Assembly: GCA_001821475.1 (NCBI GenBank) | Contig: MHMF01000036.1 | Span: 1 to 41,462 of the forward strand | Source: Candidatus Nealsonbacteria bacterium RIFCSPLOWO2_01_FULL_38_120 | GTDB taxonomy: Bacteria > Patescibacteriota > Minisyncoccia > Minisyncoccales > GWA2-38-27 | Length of the DNA stretch: 41,462 bases | Reading direction: 5' to 3' | Shown here: one piece after another, positions 1 through 8,567 of the stretch | Layout of the letters: each line of letters opens with the position of its first letter | How positions within the stretch are numbered: position 1 is the stretch's first letter | Notes under the pieces: model-generated | Seen by the model: only the letters and a program-made list of their open reading frames with translations | Told to the model about the DNA's origin: nothing | Database searches by the model: none | Position numbers and translations under genes: made by a program

Positions 1-114
1 TGTTCGGAATTTCTTCTTACTTATGGCGGCCATCCCCAAGCAGGAGGATTCAAGATTAAAAATAAAGACATAGAAAAATTCATGAGCTGCCTAAACAAAT
101 ATTTCATAAAATAG
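1..114 (+). CDS. 3' end of a DHH/DHHA1-domain (RecJ-like) phosphoesterase, partial
   Basis: Frame 1 reads CSEFLLTYGGHPQAGGFKIKNKDIEKF...KYFIK*. GGHxxAxG is the DHHA1 signature. Cut by the window edge. Confidence 0.65.
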   Translation, partial: CSEFLLTYGGHPQAGGFKIKNKDIEKFMSCLNKYFIK

Positions 115-140
115 ATTATTTTGCTGAAATAGAATAATTT

Positions 141-1204
141 ATGTCCTCCTGCGAACAAATAAAGCAAGATTATCAAGATCTCAAGACCCTCAAACAAGAG
201 TTTGATTTGGAATATCAAAAAGCGGTGGAAACAGGAGATCTCGCAAGAGCCAAGGAGCTGAGAGCAGAGTTGGAACAAAAAAGAGACGCCTTAGCAGACA
301 AGCTTTGGCCACTTGAGAGATTACCTCAGAAAGAGCTAAAAGAACAATACGCAAGCCAAAGAGAGATATTGGAAAGAACAGGCATATTAGAACAACTATC
401 AAGCGGAGAGATGGGAATAAAAGGAACAGACAATGAAGAATACGCCTTTCCTTCTTATCAAGAAATAACCCAAAGAATGAGAGAAAGCGAAGAAGCATTA
501 AGACCCAAAACAGAACAGGGTTTTATCCGTCTCCAAATCACTCCATTCGGAATGAAACTGGATGATCTGATAGAGAAATACAAGCAAGTTATCCTTAAAC
601 ACCACAAAGAAGGCAAACTCATGGCAACCAAGGAGAATCCTTCTGATCCAGACGAACAATTGGAGCTTGATGAAAATAATCCAGTCTGGTTATGGGGTAA
701 TTACAGGAATGCCGATGTAAACGGAGAGATGGTCTATTATCCAAAAGAATTCTCCAGCAATCATCAAGGAAAAACAAAGCAAGAAGTATTAAAAGAACAA
801 GGCGGCTGGAATATCCTTCTCGCAGAGAATCTTCCCAATATACCAAGAAAGAATAAGGGAGAAGAAATCAAAGGCAGAAAGCAGCTGGAAGCAGGGAAAA
901 CACCTTATCAATACCTTGAAACATTAAAAACAGATCCTAATTACCAAAACGAAACAGGAATGACCCCGGAAGACCAGATTACCTGCGCCATCATACATCT
1001 TGAACAGACAGATCAGGTCATAGATGATTATAGAGATAGTGGCAAAGGTTCTGGTTCCTACCAATTAGGAGCTTATTTTTCCGCAGACGGCTTTGTCCCG
1101 GGCTTTTACTGGGATCGCAGAGGCGTCGGCTGGCCTACTTGGGCCGGGACGTTCCCGAGAATTCCTTTTCTGATGTTGGCGCCCGTGGCGCGGTGAAGGT
1201 TTAA
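141..1204 (+). CDS. DGR-type variable protein (C-terminal CLec-like variable region), frameshifted at about 1119-1123
   Basis: The ORF 141..1196 ends GSYQLGAYFSADGFVPGFYWDR. The shifted frame continues RRLAYLGRDVPENSFSDVGARGAVKV* (TAA 1202-1204), the typical end of CPR DGR targets. The region is A-poor with many NNY codons, unlike the A-rich gene body. Confidence 0.7.
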
Positions 1205-1356
1205 AACTTAAAACTTAGGTCTTAACCTTTCCTTTTCGTCTTCTTTCGTCTTTTTTCTTTCGTCGCTCGTTTTTTCTTGGGATTTTGTTAAAATAAATAA
1301 AAAATCGGCGAAAAGAAACCTGCCTTGGGGCGGGCTATCGGGAATTGTCTTGCTAA

Positions 1357-1601
1357 AATTACGGCGAAATTAAAGATAAAAAATTGTATATTGGTTTACT
1401 AATGATTTAAGAAGAAGACTAAAAGAGCATAACGACGGAAAAAGTTTTTCTACTGCTCCACGCAAACCATTTAAGCTAATTTACTATGAGGCGTATCTGA
1501 ATAAAGAAGATTCTAAAGAAAAAGAGAGATTTTTTAAAACTGGCTGGGGCAGACAATGCATCGCAAATCAATTAAAGTATTATTTTGCATTAAAAATTTA
1601 G
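1357..1601 (+). pseudogene. GIY-YIG nuclease pseudogene
   Basis: Reads KDKKLYIG, then a one-base deletion at about 1396, then TNDLRRRLKEHNDGKSFSTAPRKPFKLIYYEAY...KERFFKTGWGR...*. The N-terminal motif and start codon are missing. Confidence 0.8.
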
Positions 1602-1704
1602 GCGGGGTTTTAAATCTTAAACCTTAAAACTTAAAGCTTAATTCTTTTCTTTCCGTCGTTTTTCGTTTTTTTCTTTTCGTTTCCTTTCGGAGCGGTCAAA
1701 AAAA

Positions 1705-1734
1705 TTGACTTTTAATTTTTAGTTATGATAGAAT
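1705..1734 (+). promoter_or_regulatory. Sigma70-type promoter with extended -10
   Basis: TTGACT-N18-TAGAAT with TG at 1726-1727. The ATG at 1743 suggests a near-leaderless transcript. Confidence 0.5.
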
Positions 1735-1742
1735 TAAAACAT

Positions 1743-1941
1743 ATGAATACTATCACTATTCCAAAAAAAAGAACTAAAGACAATAATTAAAGAAAGCATC
1801 CGTGAAATTTTTGAGCAGGAATTAATAAAATTCCGGGCTTTAATTTTACCATTTGTATCCCAAAAGGAACAAAAAGATATTGAAAGGCGCTATAACAGGC
1901 CTTCGCGAAAGATAGCAAAATCAATAGAAATCAAACTATGA
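1743..1941 (+). pseudogene. Small antitoxin-like gene frameshifted in an A8 run
   Basis: MNTITIPKK, one extra A in 1763-1770, then ELKTIIKESIREIFEQELIKFRALILPFVSQKEQKDIERRY...EIKL*. It overlaps ATGA with the next start (MSWRIDFSS, RelE/ParE-like N-terminus). Confidence 0.5.
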
Positions 1942-1968
1942 GCTGGCGCATTGATTTTTCTTCTAGTC

Positions 1969-2184
1969 CTCTATAACGAGAAAAAATTTCATAAGACCCA
2001 TGATTTGCCCCAACCCCTTAAGTCGTGCGCGAAAATAAACAAAGATTTTTTTGAATTCTTGAAAGGAGCGGATATTTTAGATTAATATTATTTGGTCTCC
2101 AGATATCCTTTGGAATATCCGCCCGCTTCAAAAAAGGAAGCGGAGGAGGCCTTTAAAATAGAGATAGATATTATTAGTTTGTAA
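1969..2184 (+). pseudogene. HEPN-domain C-terminal fragment with internal stop
   Basis: LYNEKKFHKTHDL...ADILD*YYLVSRYPLEYPPASKKEAEEAFKI. It has the KTHDL and RYP motifs, a TAA at 2083-2085 and no N-terminus. Confidence 0.7.
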
Positions 2185-2210
2185 AAATAAAAATTCAATA
2201 TTAATTTTAT

Positions 2211-2621
2211 ATGTCAAATCCATTTGAACAACCTCCGATGCCAAATCCAGAAGAAAAACCAGAGGAAGCTGATCGGAAGCTGGATGAAATTCATAAGGAA
2301 CCGGAGGCAGAGGAGATGCTTAAAGAAAAATCGGAAGAGGTTGAGCGGGGATTAAAAAATAATCCGGATAGCGAAGAGAAGGAACAAGGGGCGGAGGAAA
2401 TATTAAAAGATTTAGAGTGGGCGATAGAGAATAGGTCTGAAGCATTGCTAAAGGTTTTAGGTTTGGACGGCAAATCTTCAATAGAGGGAATAGTTACTCC
2501 TGAATTTTTTGAAGACGATGTTTTATGGGTTACCACTGAAACTGGCGAGGGAATGGCGATAGAAACTATGCGCATTAAAAAGGTTGAATTACCAAAGGAA
2601 CCAACAGAAGAGAAAGAGTAA
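2211..2621 (+). CDS. Acidic hypothetical protein
   Basis: 136-aa ORF with an E/K-rich disordered N-half. No family recognised. Confidence 0.7.
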   Translation: MSNPFEQPPMPNPEEKPEEADRKLDEIHKEPEAEEMLKEKSEEVERGLKNNPDSEEKEQGAEEILKDLEWAIENRSEALLKVLGLDGKSSIEGIVTPEFFEDDVLWVTTETGEGMAIETMRIKKVELPKEPTEEKE

Positions 2622-2749
2622 AAATAAATAGCTGGACAAATTTACGAGCCGTCTAAAAAAATATTTCAATAGAACATAAGCTACGAATACGAATTACTTA
2701 CGAATATGTTTTCGTATATTCGTATATTTTCGTATTTCATAGCCAAATT

Positions 2750-3193
2750 ATGAAGAAGATAATTATTTATACTGACGGCGGGTCGCGGGGGAATCCGGGA
2801 CATTCGGCGATAGGCGTGGTTTTTTGCAATGAGAAGGAACAGCAGGTGAAAAGCTATGGGGAATATCTGGGAGATAATTTTACAAATAACGAAGCGGAAT
2901 ATAACGCTGTTATTTTCGCTCTAAAAAAATTCAAGGCGGTGTTCGGAAAAAATTTGGCGGAAAATTCGGAGATCGAAGTAAGGTCTGATTCGGAGTTGAT
3001 GGTGAAGCAGTTGAACGGAGAGTATAAAATTTTAGACGAAAAAATACAGCCCTTGTTCATTGCGGTTTGGAATTTGAAGCTAGATTTTCTTAAGGTGAAA
3101 TTCAAATCAATTCCGCGCGAAAAAAACAAAGAAGCTGACCGACTGGCGAACGATGCCTTGAATTTCCAAAAAAGAGAGCAGAGATTGGTTTAA
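2750..3193 (+). CDS. rnhA: Ribonuclease HI family protein
   Basis: YTDGGSRGNPG, TNNEAEY, SDSEL, IPREKNKEADRLAN motifs. Confidence 0.93.
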   Translation: MKKIIIYTDGGSRGNPGHSAIGVVFCNEKEQQVKSYGEYLGDNFTNNEAEYNAVIFALKKFKAVFGKNLAENSEIEVRSDSELMVKQLNGEYKILDEKIQPLFIAVWNLKLDFLKVKFKSIPREKNKEADRLANDALNFQKREQRLV

Positions 3194-3223
3194 TTTTAAT
3201 TGGAAACATTCCGAAGTATTAAA

Positions 3224-3273
3224 AATTATCATCGATTAAAAACCACGATCGTGGTTTTTAATCGATGATAATT
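3224..3273. repeat. Perfect 50-bp palindrome (core AAAAACCACGATCGTGGTTTTT)
   Basis: 25-bp arms with no loop. A sister copy lies at 20896-20945. Confidence 0.9.
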
Positions 3274-3289
3274 AATTAAGCGCGCATTA

Positions 3290-3333
3290 AATTAAAATTC
3301 CGCTCCGATGGACATCGGAGCGGAATTTTAATT
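3290..3333. repeat. 21-bp-arm hairpin at the 3' end of rnpB, between convergent rnhA and rnpB
   Basis: AATTAAAATTCCGCTCCGATG-GA-CATCGGAGCGGAATTTTAATT. A plausible bidirectional terminator. Confidence 0.8.
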
Positions 3334-3810
3334 GTTGCGGCAAGATTGTAAGCCGAATTTTGTCTTGCCACGCCGTAGCCCTAAAAGAGGAGGCGGGTCT
3401 TATGTCCGCCTTCGCCAAAGGCTTCGGCGCGACGAAGCGATCATCTATCTTGGCGAACTACTTTTACTCTTTAAGATGATAAAACATCTCAATAGAGTTT
3501 GTTCTTGCGCTCTGCAAGGATTTAGCCGTTTCATTTCCGCGTTGCCGCGGAAGTCGTCCCGCCCTCTATGCCTGTTGAATTTTGTTTGACTATTTTCCAC
3601 AAGCTTAGAGGGCGGGGCGTCTCAATTCTTTCGGATTTTGACGTTTCTGTTCGCACCTCGCCGAGCGCTTAACTCAACGAGTTGGAGCGCTTGGGGTAGC
3701 TTTATCAGCTACTGCATTTTACCGAGTTTTAAGCTCGGCAGAGTGTTCGGACTTTCCTCTCTATATCCTGTAAAACAAGACACAGAGCGATCGCTCATCT
3801 TGCTGCAACA
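3333..3810 (-). ncRNA. rnpB: RNase P RNA
   Basis: The minus strand has GAGGAAAGTCC near the 5' end and ACAAAATTCGGCTTA near the 3' end. The P1 helix pairs GTTGCAGCAAGAT with ATCTTGCCGCAAC. Confidence 0.93.
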
Positions 3811-3914
3811 TTTATATGTTAACTATTTCATGTATTATTGTCAAATAATATAAAAAGTTGTAGAATTGTAGATTGTAGATATAAATAGTAAGATAAAATA
3901 ATTAGAAGAGAAAA

Positions 3915-5618
3915 ATGCTGAATCGCATATTAAATTCAAAAACAAAGACAGTCGCTTTTGCGGCTTTTTTGCTTGCCGCTTCAGGGCTGATAAGCCGTCT
4001 TTTCGGCTTATTGCGCGATCGGCTTTTGGCGAGTAGATTTGGCGCGAGCCAAGAGCTTGATATTTATTTTTCCGCTTTTAGGATTCCTGATTTTGTTTAT
4101 GGTATTTTAATAGTGGGCGGTATTTCAGCCGCTTTTCTGCCGGTATTTTCCGAATATTTCGGCGGGGGGGAGCAGAGCGGAAAGAATGAGGAATGGCCTG
4201 CCATGGCGACAAAGTTAGCTAATAATGTCTTAAATTCTTTTTTTGTTATTTTAATTCTTGTTTGCGGAATTTTAACGATTTTCGCTCCGCTTATAATAAA
4301 ATTCATTATTCCTGGTTTTTCTCTTGAGAACAGGGATATGACTATTCAGCTTACAAGAATAATGTTTTTGAGTCCGATTTTTTTCGGCTTGGCAAGCATA
4401 TTATCTGGAATCTTGCAGTATTTTGACAAGTTTTTGGCTTATTCTTTAGCTCCTATTTTATATAATTTAGGAATAATTTTTGGCATTATATTTTTGGTTC
4501 CGATTTTCGGGATCTACGGATTAGCTCTGGGCGTTATCTTCGGCGCTTTGCTGTATTTGATTATCCAAATTCCGGCCGCATGGCATTCCGGATTCAGGTA
4601 TGAAGCGATATTTGATTTTAAGGATTCCGGGTTGAAGAAAATATTAAAGCTTATGGCGCCAAGGGTTTTAGGCACCGGCGCTTATCAAGTAAATCTTACT
4701 GTGATTACAGCGATTGCCTCCACATTAAGCGTGGGAAGCATTGCTATTTTTAATTTTTCAAACAATCTTCAATATGTGCCGGTCGGGCTGATAGGGATTC
4801 CTTTCGCGATTTCTTCTTTTTCAGTTCTTTCCCGGGCTTGGGTAGCCGGCCGAAAAGATAAATTTTTGAAAAGCTTTTCTTCTTCTTTTTGCCAGATAAT
4901 TTTTTTCATAGTTCCGATTTCTTTGCTTATGTATTTGTTGCGGGCGCAGATAGTCCGAATGGTTTTGGGCGCCGGAAATTTCGGCTGGTGGGAAACGCGA
5001 CTTACAGCCGCATGTCTGGGCGTTTTTTGCATCGGAATTTTAGCAAGTTCCTTAATTCCTCTTTTGACAAGGATGTTTTTTTCATTTCAAAATACAAAAA
5101 CGCCTGTAATCATCAGTCTGATTTCAATGGGAAGCAATATATTCTTTGCCTATTTATTCACTTATCTTTTGGGGTTTCAAAATATCTTCCGAAATTTTTC
5201 AGCCGGGCTGATGAAACTTCAAACCTCTGCCAACGGAAGCGCGATAATTGAAAATATTGAAGTAATCGGCTTGCCTTTGGCGCTTTCTGCGTCAGCCATA
5301 ATTCAATTGGTTTTGCTTTTTATTTTCCTGCGGTTGAAAATGGGGAGTTTCGGATGTAAAGAAATGTGGCAGTCGGCGAGAAAGATATTGATTGCCAGCG
5401 GGATAATGTTTATTTTTTCTTATTTCGCGAGGCAGGGCTTGGCTGGTTTTGTTGATATGCAGACATTTTTGGGAGTTTTTATCCAAACCGCCCTTGTCTG
5501 CTTTGTGGCGCTTATTTCTTATTTTCTTTGCGCTTCTATATTTAAAATTTCGGAATTTAAGAACTTAAAATCAGCAGTTTTAAAAGAATTTAGCGCGACT
5601 CCTTATGGACCGGAATAA
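3915..5618 (+). CDS. murJ: Lipid II flippase MurJ/MviN
   Basis: SRLFGLLRD, AFRIPD and AAFLPVF motifs; polytopic membrane protein of 567 aa. Confidence 0.93.
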   Translation: MLNRILNSKTKTVAFAAFLLAASGLISRLFGLLRDRLLASRFGASQELDIYFSAFRIPDFVYGILIVGGISAAFLPVFSEYFGGGEQSGKNEEWPAMATKLANNVLNSFFVILILVCGILTIFAPLIIKFIIPGFSLENRDMTIQLTRIMFLSPIFFGLASILSGILQYFDKFLAYSLAPILYNLGIIFGIIFLVPIFGIYGLALGVIFGALLYLIIQIPAAWHSGFRYEAIFDFKDSGLKKILKLMAPRVLGTGAYQVNLTVITAIASTLSVGSIAIFNFSNNLQYVPVGLIGIPFAISSFSVLSRAWVAGRKDKFLKSFSSSFCQIIFFIVPISLLMYLLRAQIVRMVLGAGNFGWWETRLTAACLGVFCIGILASSLIPLLTRMFFSFQNTKTPVIISLISMGSNIFFAYLFTYLLGFQNIFRNFSAGLMKLQTSANGSAIIENIEVIGLPLALSASAIIQLVLLFIFLRLKMGSFGCKEMWQSARKILIASGIMFIFSYFARQGLAGFVDMQTFLGVFIQTALVCFVALISYFLCASIFKISEFKNLKSAVLKEFSATPYGPE

Positions 5619-5691
5619 GAAGCCAATTAGTTTTTTATCAGATACTCACAAGAAATACGATCGTATAAATAATGAGTAAGTTTTGGGAATT

Positions 5692-7491
5692 ATGGAGATA
5701 AGAAATTTTTCAATTATTGCGCATATTGATCACGGGAAATCAACTTTAGCTGATAGGTTTTTGGAAATGACTGGGGCTGTTTCGCCACAGAAAATGAAGC
5801 CCCAGTTTTTGGATAGGATGGAATTGGAAAAAGAGAAGGGGATTACCATAAAATTAAAACCAGTAAGAATGGAGTATAGGGCGGATGATTCAAAAGAATA
5901 TATTTTAAATTTGGTTGACACTCCTGGCCATGTGGATTTTTCCTATGAGGTTTCCCGATCTTTGGCAGCTGTTGAAGGAACGATTCTTTTAGTTGACGCT
6001 ACGAAAGGAATCCAAGCCCAAACATTGGCCAATTTGTCTTTGGCAAACCAGCAGGGCTTAGTTGTAATTCCGGTGGTTAATAAAATTGATTCGCCCCAAG
6101 CGGAAACAGAAAAAACAACGGAGGAACTGGCTATGCTTATAGGCTGCGATAAAGAAGATATTATAAAAATTTCCGCTAAGCAGGGGACAGGAGTTAAAGA
6201 ATTATTGGAAATAGCGATAAAAAAAGTTCCTTGCCCAAAAACCGATTTTGAAAAACAGTTCCGGGCTTTGATTTTTGATTCAGAATACGATGCTTTTAAG
6301 GGCGTCATTGCGTATATAAGAGTGATTGATGGAGAAATAAATGAGGGAGAGGAAATTGAGTTGATGGCGTCGGGGGCAAAAACCCAAATAAAAGAGCTGG
6401 GCTATTTTACGCCTGATTTTTCTTCCCAAAAAAAACTTTCAGCCGGAGAAACAGGATATATTGCCACTGGCATTAAGGAGCCCGGGAAAGTTCGTGTTGG
6501 AGACACAATAATTTTGAGTTCTAAATTTCAGGCTCTAAATTCTAAAATTGAGCCGTTGGCAGGGTATAAGGAACCGGTGCCAGTAGTCTTTGCAAGCTTG
6601 TATCCAGAAGACCCTGACGATTTTGATTTGTTCAAGGATTCGCTGGCGAAATTGCGGTTAAGCGACCCTTCTTTTATTTTTGAGCCGGAGACAAAAGAAG
6701 CGCTGGGGAGGGGATTTCGATGCGGATTTTTAGGCGCTCTTCACGCAGAAATAGTTTCCGAACGGATTCATCGGGAGTTTGGCATTGATTTGGTTATTTC
6801 CTCTCCGTCGGTTGTTTTTAAAATTATAACTCAAAAAGACAAAGAGATAACGATATATTCCGCCACTGAATGGCCGGATGTTTCCCAAATTAAAGAGGCG
6901 AAGGAGCCATGGGTAAATTTAGAGGTGATGTCTCTTATAAGATATATGGGCGGGCTTTTAGACCTTTTCAAAAATATCGGAGCCAAATATATTGAAACAA
7001 GATATTTCGGACAAGAAAAAATAATTTTGGTCTACGAGCTTCCTTTGCGCCAAGTAATTACAAATCTTTACGAAAAAATAAAAAATATAAGCCAAGGGTA
7101 TGGCTCAATGAATTATAAAATTCTGGAATTCAGAAAAGATAATTTAGTCAAGCTGGAAATTTTAGTCGCCGGAGAAAAAAAAGAAGCGTTTTCTAAAATT
7201 ATTCCCGAGAGCGAGGCGTTCAGGGAGGGAAAGTTTTTAGTGGAAAAGCTTAAATCCGTATTGCCTCCGGAGCAATTTTCCGTTGCTTTGCAGGCGGCGG
7301 TGGGAAGCAAGATTATTGCTAGAGAAACAATAAGCGCGAGAAGAAAAGATGTTACTGGCTATCTTTATGGCGGCGATTATTCAAGAAAACGCAAACTTTT
7401 AGAAAAACAAAAAAAGGGAAAAAAATTATTAAGAGACGCAGGCAAGGTAAGAATTCCAGCTAATGTTTTTCTGGAAATATTTCGCTCCTAA
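5692..7491 (+). CDS. lepA: Elongation factor 4 (LepA)
   Basis: IRNFSIIAHIDHGKSTLADR, DTPGHVDF and YGGDYSRKRKLLEKQKKGK. The ATG at 5692 is preferred over the TTG at 5683. Confidence 0.97.
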   Translation: MEIRNFSIIAHIDHGKSTLADRFLEMTGAVSPQKMKPQFLDRMELEKEKGITIKLKPVRMEYRADDSKEYILNLVDTPGHVDFSYEVSRSLAAVEGTILLVDATKGIQAQTLANLSLANQQGLVVIPVVNKIDSPQAETEKTTEELAMLIGCDKEDIIKISAKQGTGVKELLEIAIKKVPCPKTDFEKQFRALIFDSEYDAFKGVIAYIRVIDGEINEGEEIELMASGAKTQIKELGYFTPDFSSQKKLSAGETGYIATGIKEPGKVRVGDTIILSSKFQALNSKIEPLAGYKEPVPVVFASLYPEDPDDFDLFKDSLAKLRLSDPSFIFEPETKEALGRGFRCGFLGALHAEIVSERIHREFGIDLVISSPSVVFKIITQKDKEITIYSATEWPDVSQIKEAKEPWVNLEVMSLIRYMGGLLDLFKNIGAKYIETRYFGQEKIILVYELPLRQVITNLYEKIKNISQGYGSMNYKILEFRKDNLVKLEILVAGEKKEAFSKIIPESEAFREGKFLVEKLKSVLPPEQFSVALQAAVGSKIIARETISARRKDVTGYLYGGDYSRKRKLLEKQKKGKKLLRDAGKVRIPANVFLEIFRS

Positions 7492-7641
7492 AATAATATA
7501 GCGGGAACACTTCTCGCCATATTATGAACGGCTACCTCATTAGGGGCGCGAAAAGGAGAAGCACGGTGCTGAGAGTTATCAGGATAACTATAATAAGCCA
7601 GATTATTTTAATTATTTTATTTTGTTTCATATTTTAATGCA

Positions 7642-7787
7642 AAAGTTATCTTTGCGGGAGGTCTAGGCGAGACGAAGCAAAAATTTTGAGGCATACTGAA
7701 GAATGAAAGTCTACCGAAAAATTTTTGCAAAGTCGTAGCCAAAACTAAAACATAAAAAGTTAAAGTAATTTCGTAATTCAAGGCATT
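7642..7787 (+). repeat. Modular MITE/REP-like element (family with 13189-13640 and 14686-14919)
   Basis: AAAGTTATCTTTGCGGGAGG..GCGAG.CGAAGCAAAAATT matches 13291-13333 inverted. TTTTGCAAAG.CGTAGCCAAAA...AATTCAAGG matches 14857-14919. Confidence 0.8.
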
Positions 7788-7793
7788 ATAATT

Positions 7794-8183
7794 ATGGTAT
7801 CAAAATTTAAAAAAAATAAAAAGGTGGGGCGTTTTCTGAACTTATTTTTTTCTTGTTTAATGGGGGCGCTGTTTTTATCCGCTATTGCGTTTTTAATATA
7901 TACTGATATAAAAATAAATAAGAAAAGAGGAGAATTTGTTTCTAAAATAGAGTCCTTGAAAACAGAAATAAGCGGTCTGGAAGAAAAGAACTCAGTTTTA
8001 CGCCAAAAAACATCTGAAGCAGGCGCCAAAGAGTATCTTGAGGAAGTGGCGAGGGAACAGCTTGGCTTGAAAAAACCGGGTGAAGAAGTGGTAGTTATTA
8101 AAGAGGAAACTGCGGAAGAAAATAAAATTACAGAAGAAAAAAAGGGTTGGTGGGAGTGGTTAAAAGACATTTTAGGAAGATGA
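7794..8183 (+). CDS. Septum formation initiator (FtsB/DivIC family)
   Basis: One TM segment, a coiled coil, and the YLEEVAREQLGLKKPGE motif. Confidence 0.85.
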   Translation: MVSKFKKNKKVGRFLNLFFSCLMGALFLSAIAFLIYTDIKINKKRGEFVSKIESLKTEISGLEEKNSVLRQKTSEAGAKEYLEEVAREQLGLKKPGEEVVVIKEETAEENKITEEKKGWWEWLKDILGR

Positions 8184-8191
8184 TTTCGTTC

Positions 8192-8262
8192 GCGAGGTTA
8201 GTATAGTGGCATTATGCAACCTTCCCAAGGTTGAGATACGGGTTCGATTCCCGCACCTCGCT
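8192..8262 (+). tRNA. tRNA-Gly(CCC)
   Basis: Acceptor stem GCGAGGT/ACCTCGC; anticodon arm CAACC-TTCCCAA-GGTTG; GGTTCGATTCC T-arm; CCA not encoded. Confidence 0.93.
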
Positions 8263-8276
8263 TAGAATTTAATATT

Positions 8277-8454
8277 GCCGGAGTAACTCAGTTGGCAGAG
8301 TAGCTGTTCAGCCAGCCCCATTAGAAATGCCGATGTAGCTTAGTGGCAAAGCAGTGGTTTCGTAAACCACCGACGGCAGTTCGATTCTGCCCATCGGCTT
8401 AACGGCATTTCTAACGGGGTAAACAAGTCGCGAGTTTGATCCTCGCCTTCGGCT
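8277..8454 (+). pseudogene. Split tRNA (Thr-like) interrupted in the anticodon arm by an inverted-repeat cassette
   Basis: The 5' half is GCCGGAG-TA-ACTC AGTTGGCA GAGT-A-GCTGTT. The 3' half is GTAAACAAGTC-GCGAG TTTGATC CTCGC-CTTCGGC-T. The acceptor and T stems pair. Confidence 0.7.
8329..8399 (+). tRNA. tRNA-Thr(CGT)
   Basis: Acceptor stem GCCGATG/CATCGGC; anticodon arm GTGGT-TTCGTAA-ACCAC; T-arm GGCAG TTCGATT CTGCC. Confidence 0.93.
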
Positions 8455-8567
8455 TTGGACATGGTTTTCGCGTTAGCGGAGGCCTTTTTCTATTATTTTC
8501 TTTGATATTTCAAGGAATTATGGTAAATTAAAATTAAGACAACCAAAAATAAGTAACGCCATTAGGT

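Noticed and set aside
3332..3853. ORFs 3332..3589 and 3638..3853 on the + strand
   Set aside because: They are antisense to the RNase P RNA gene and have no protein-like features.
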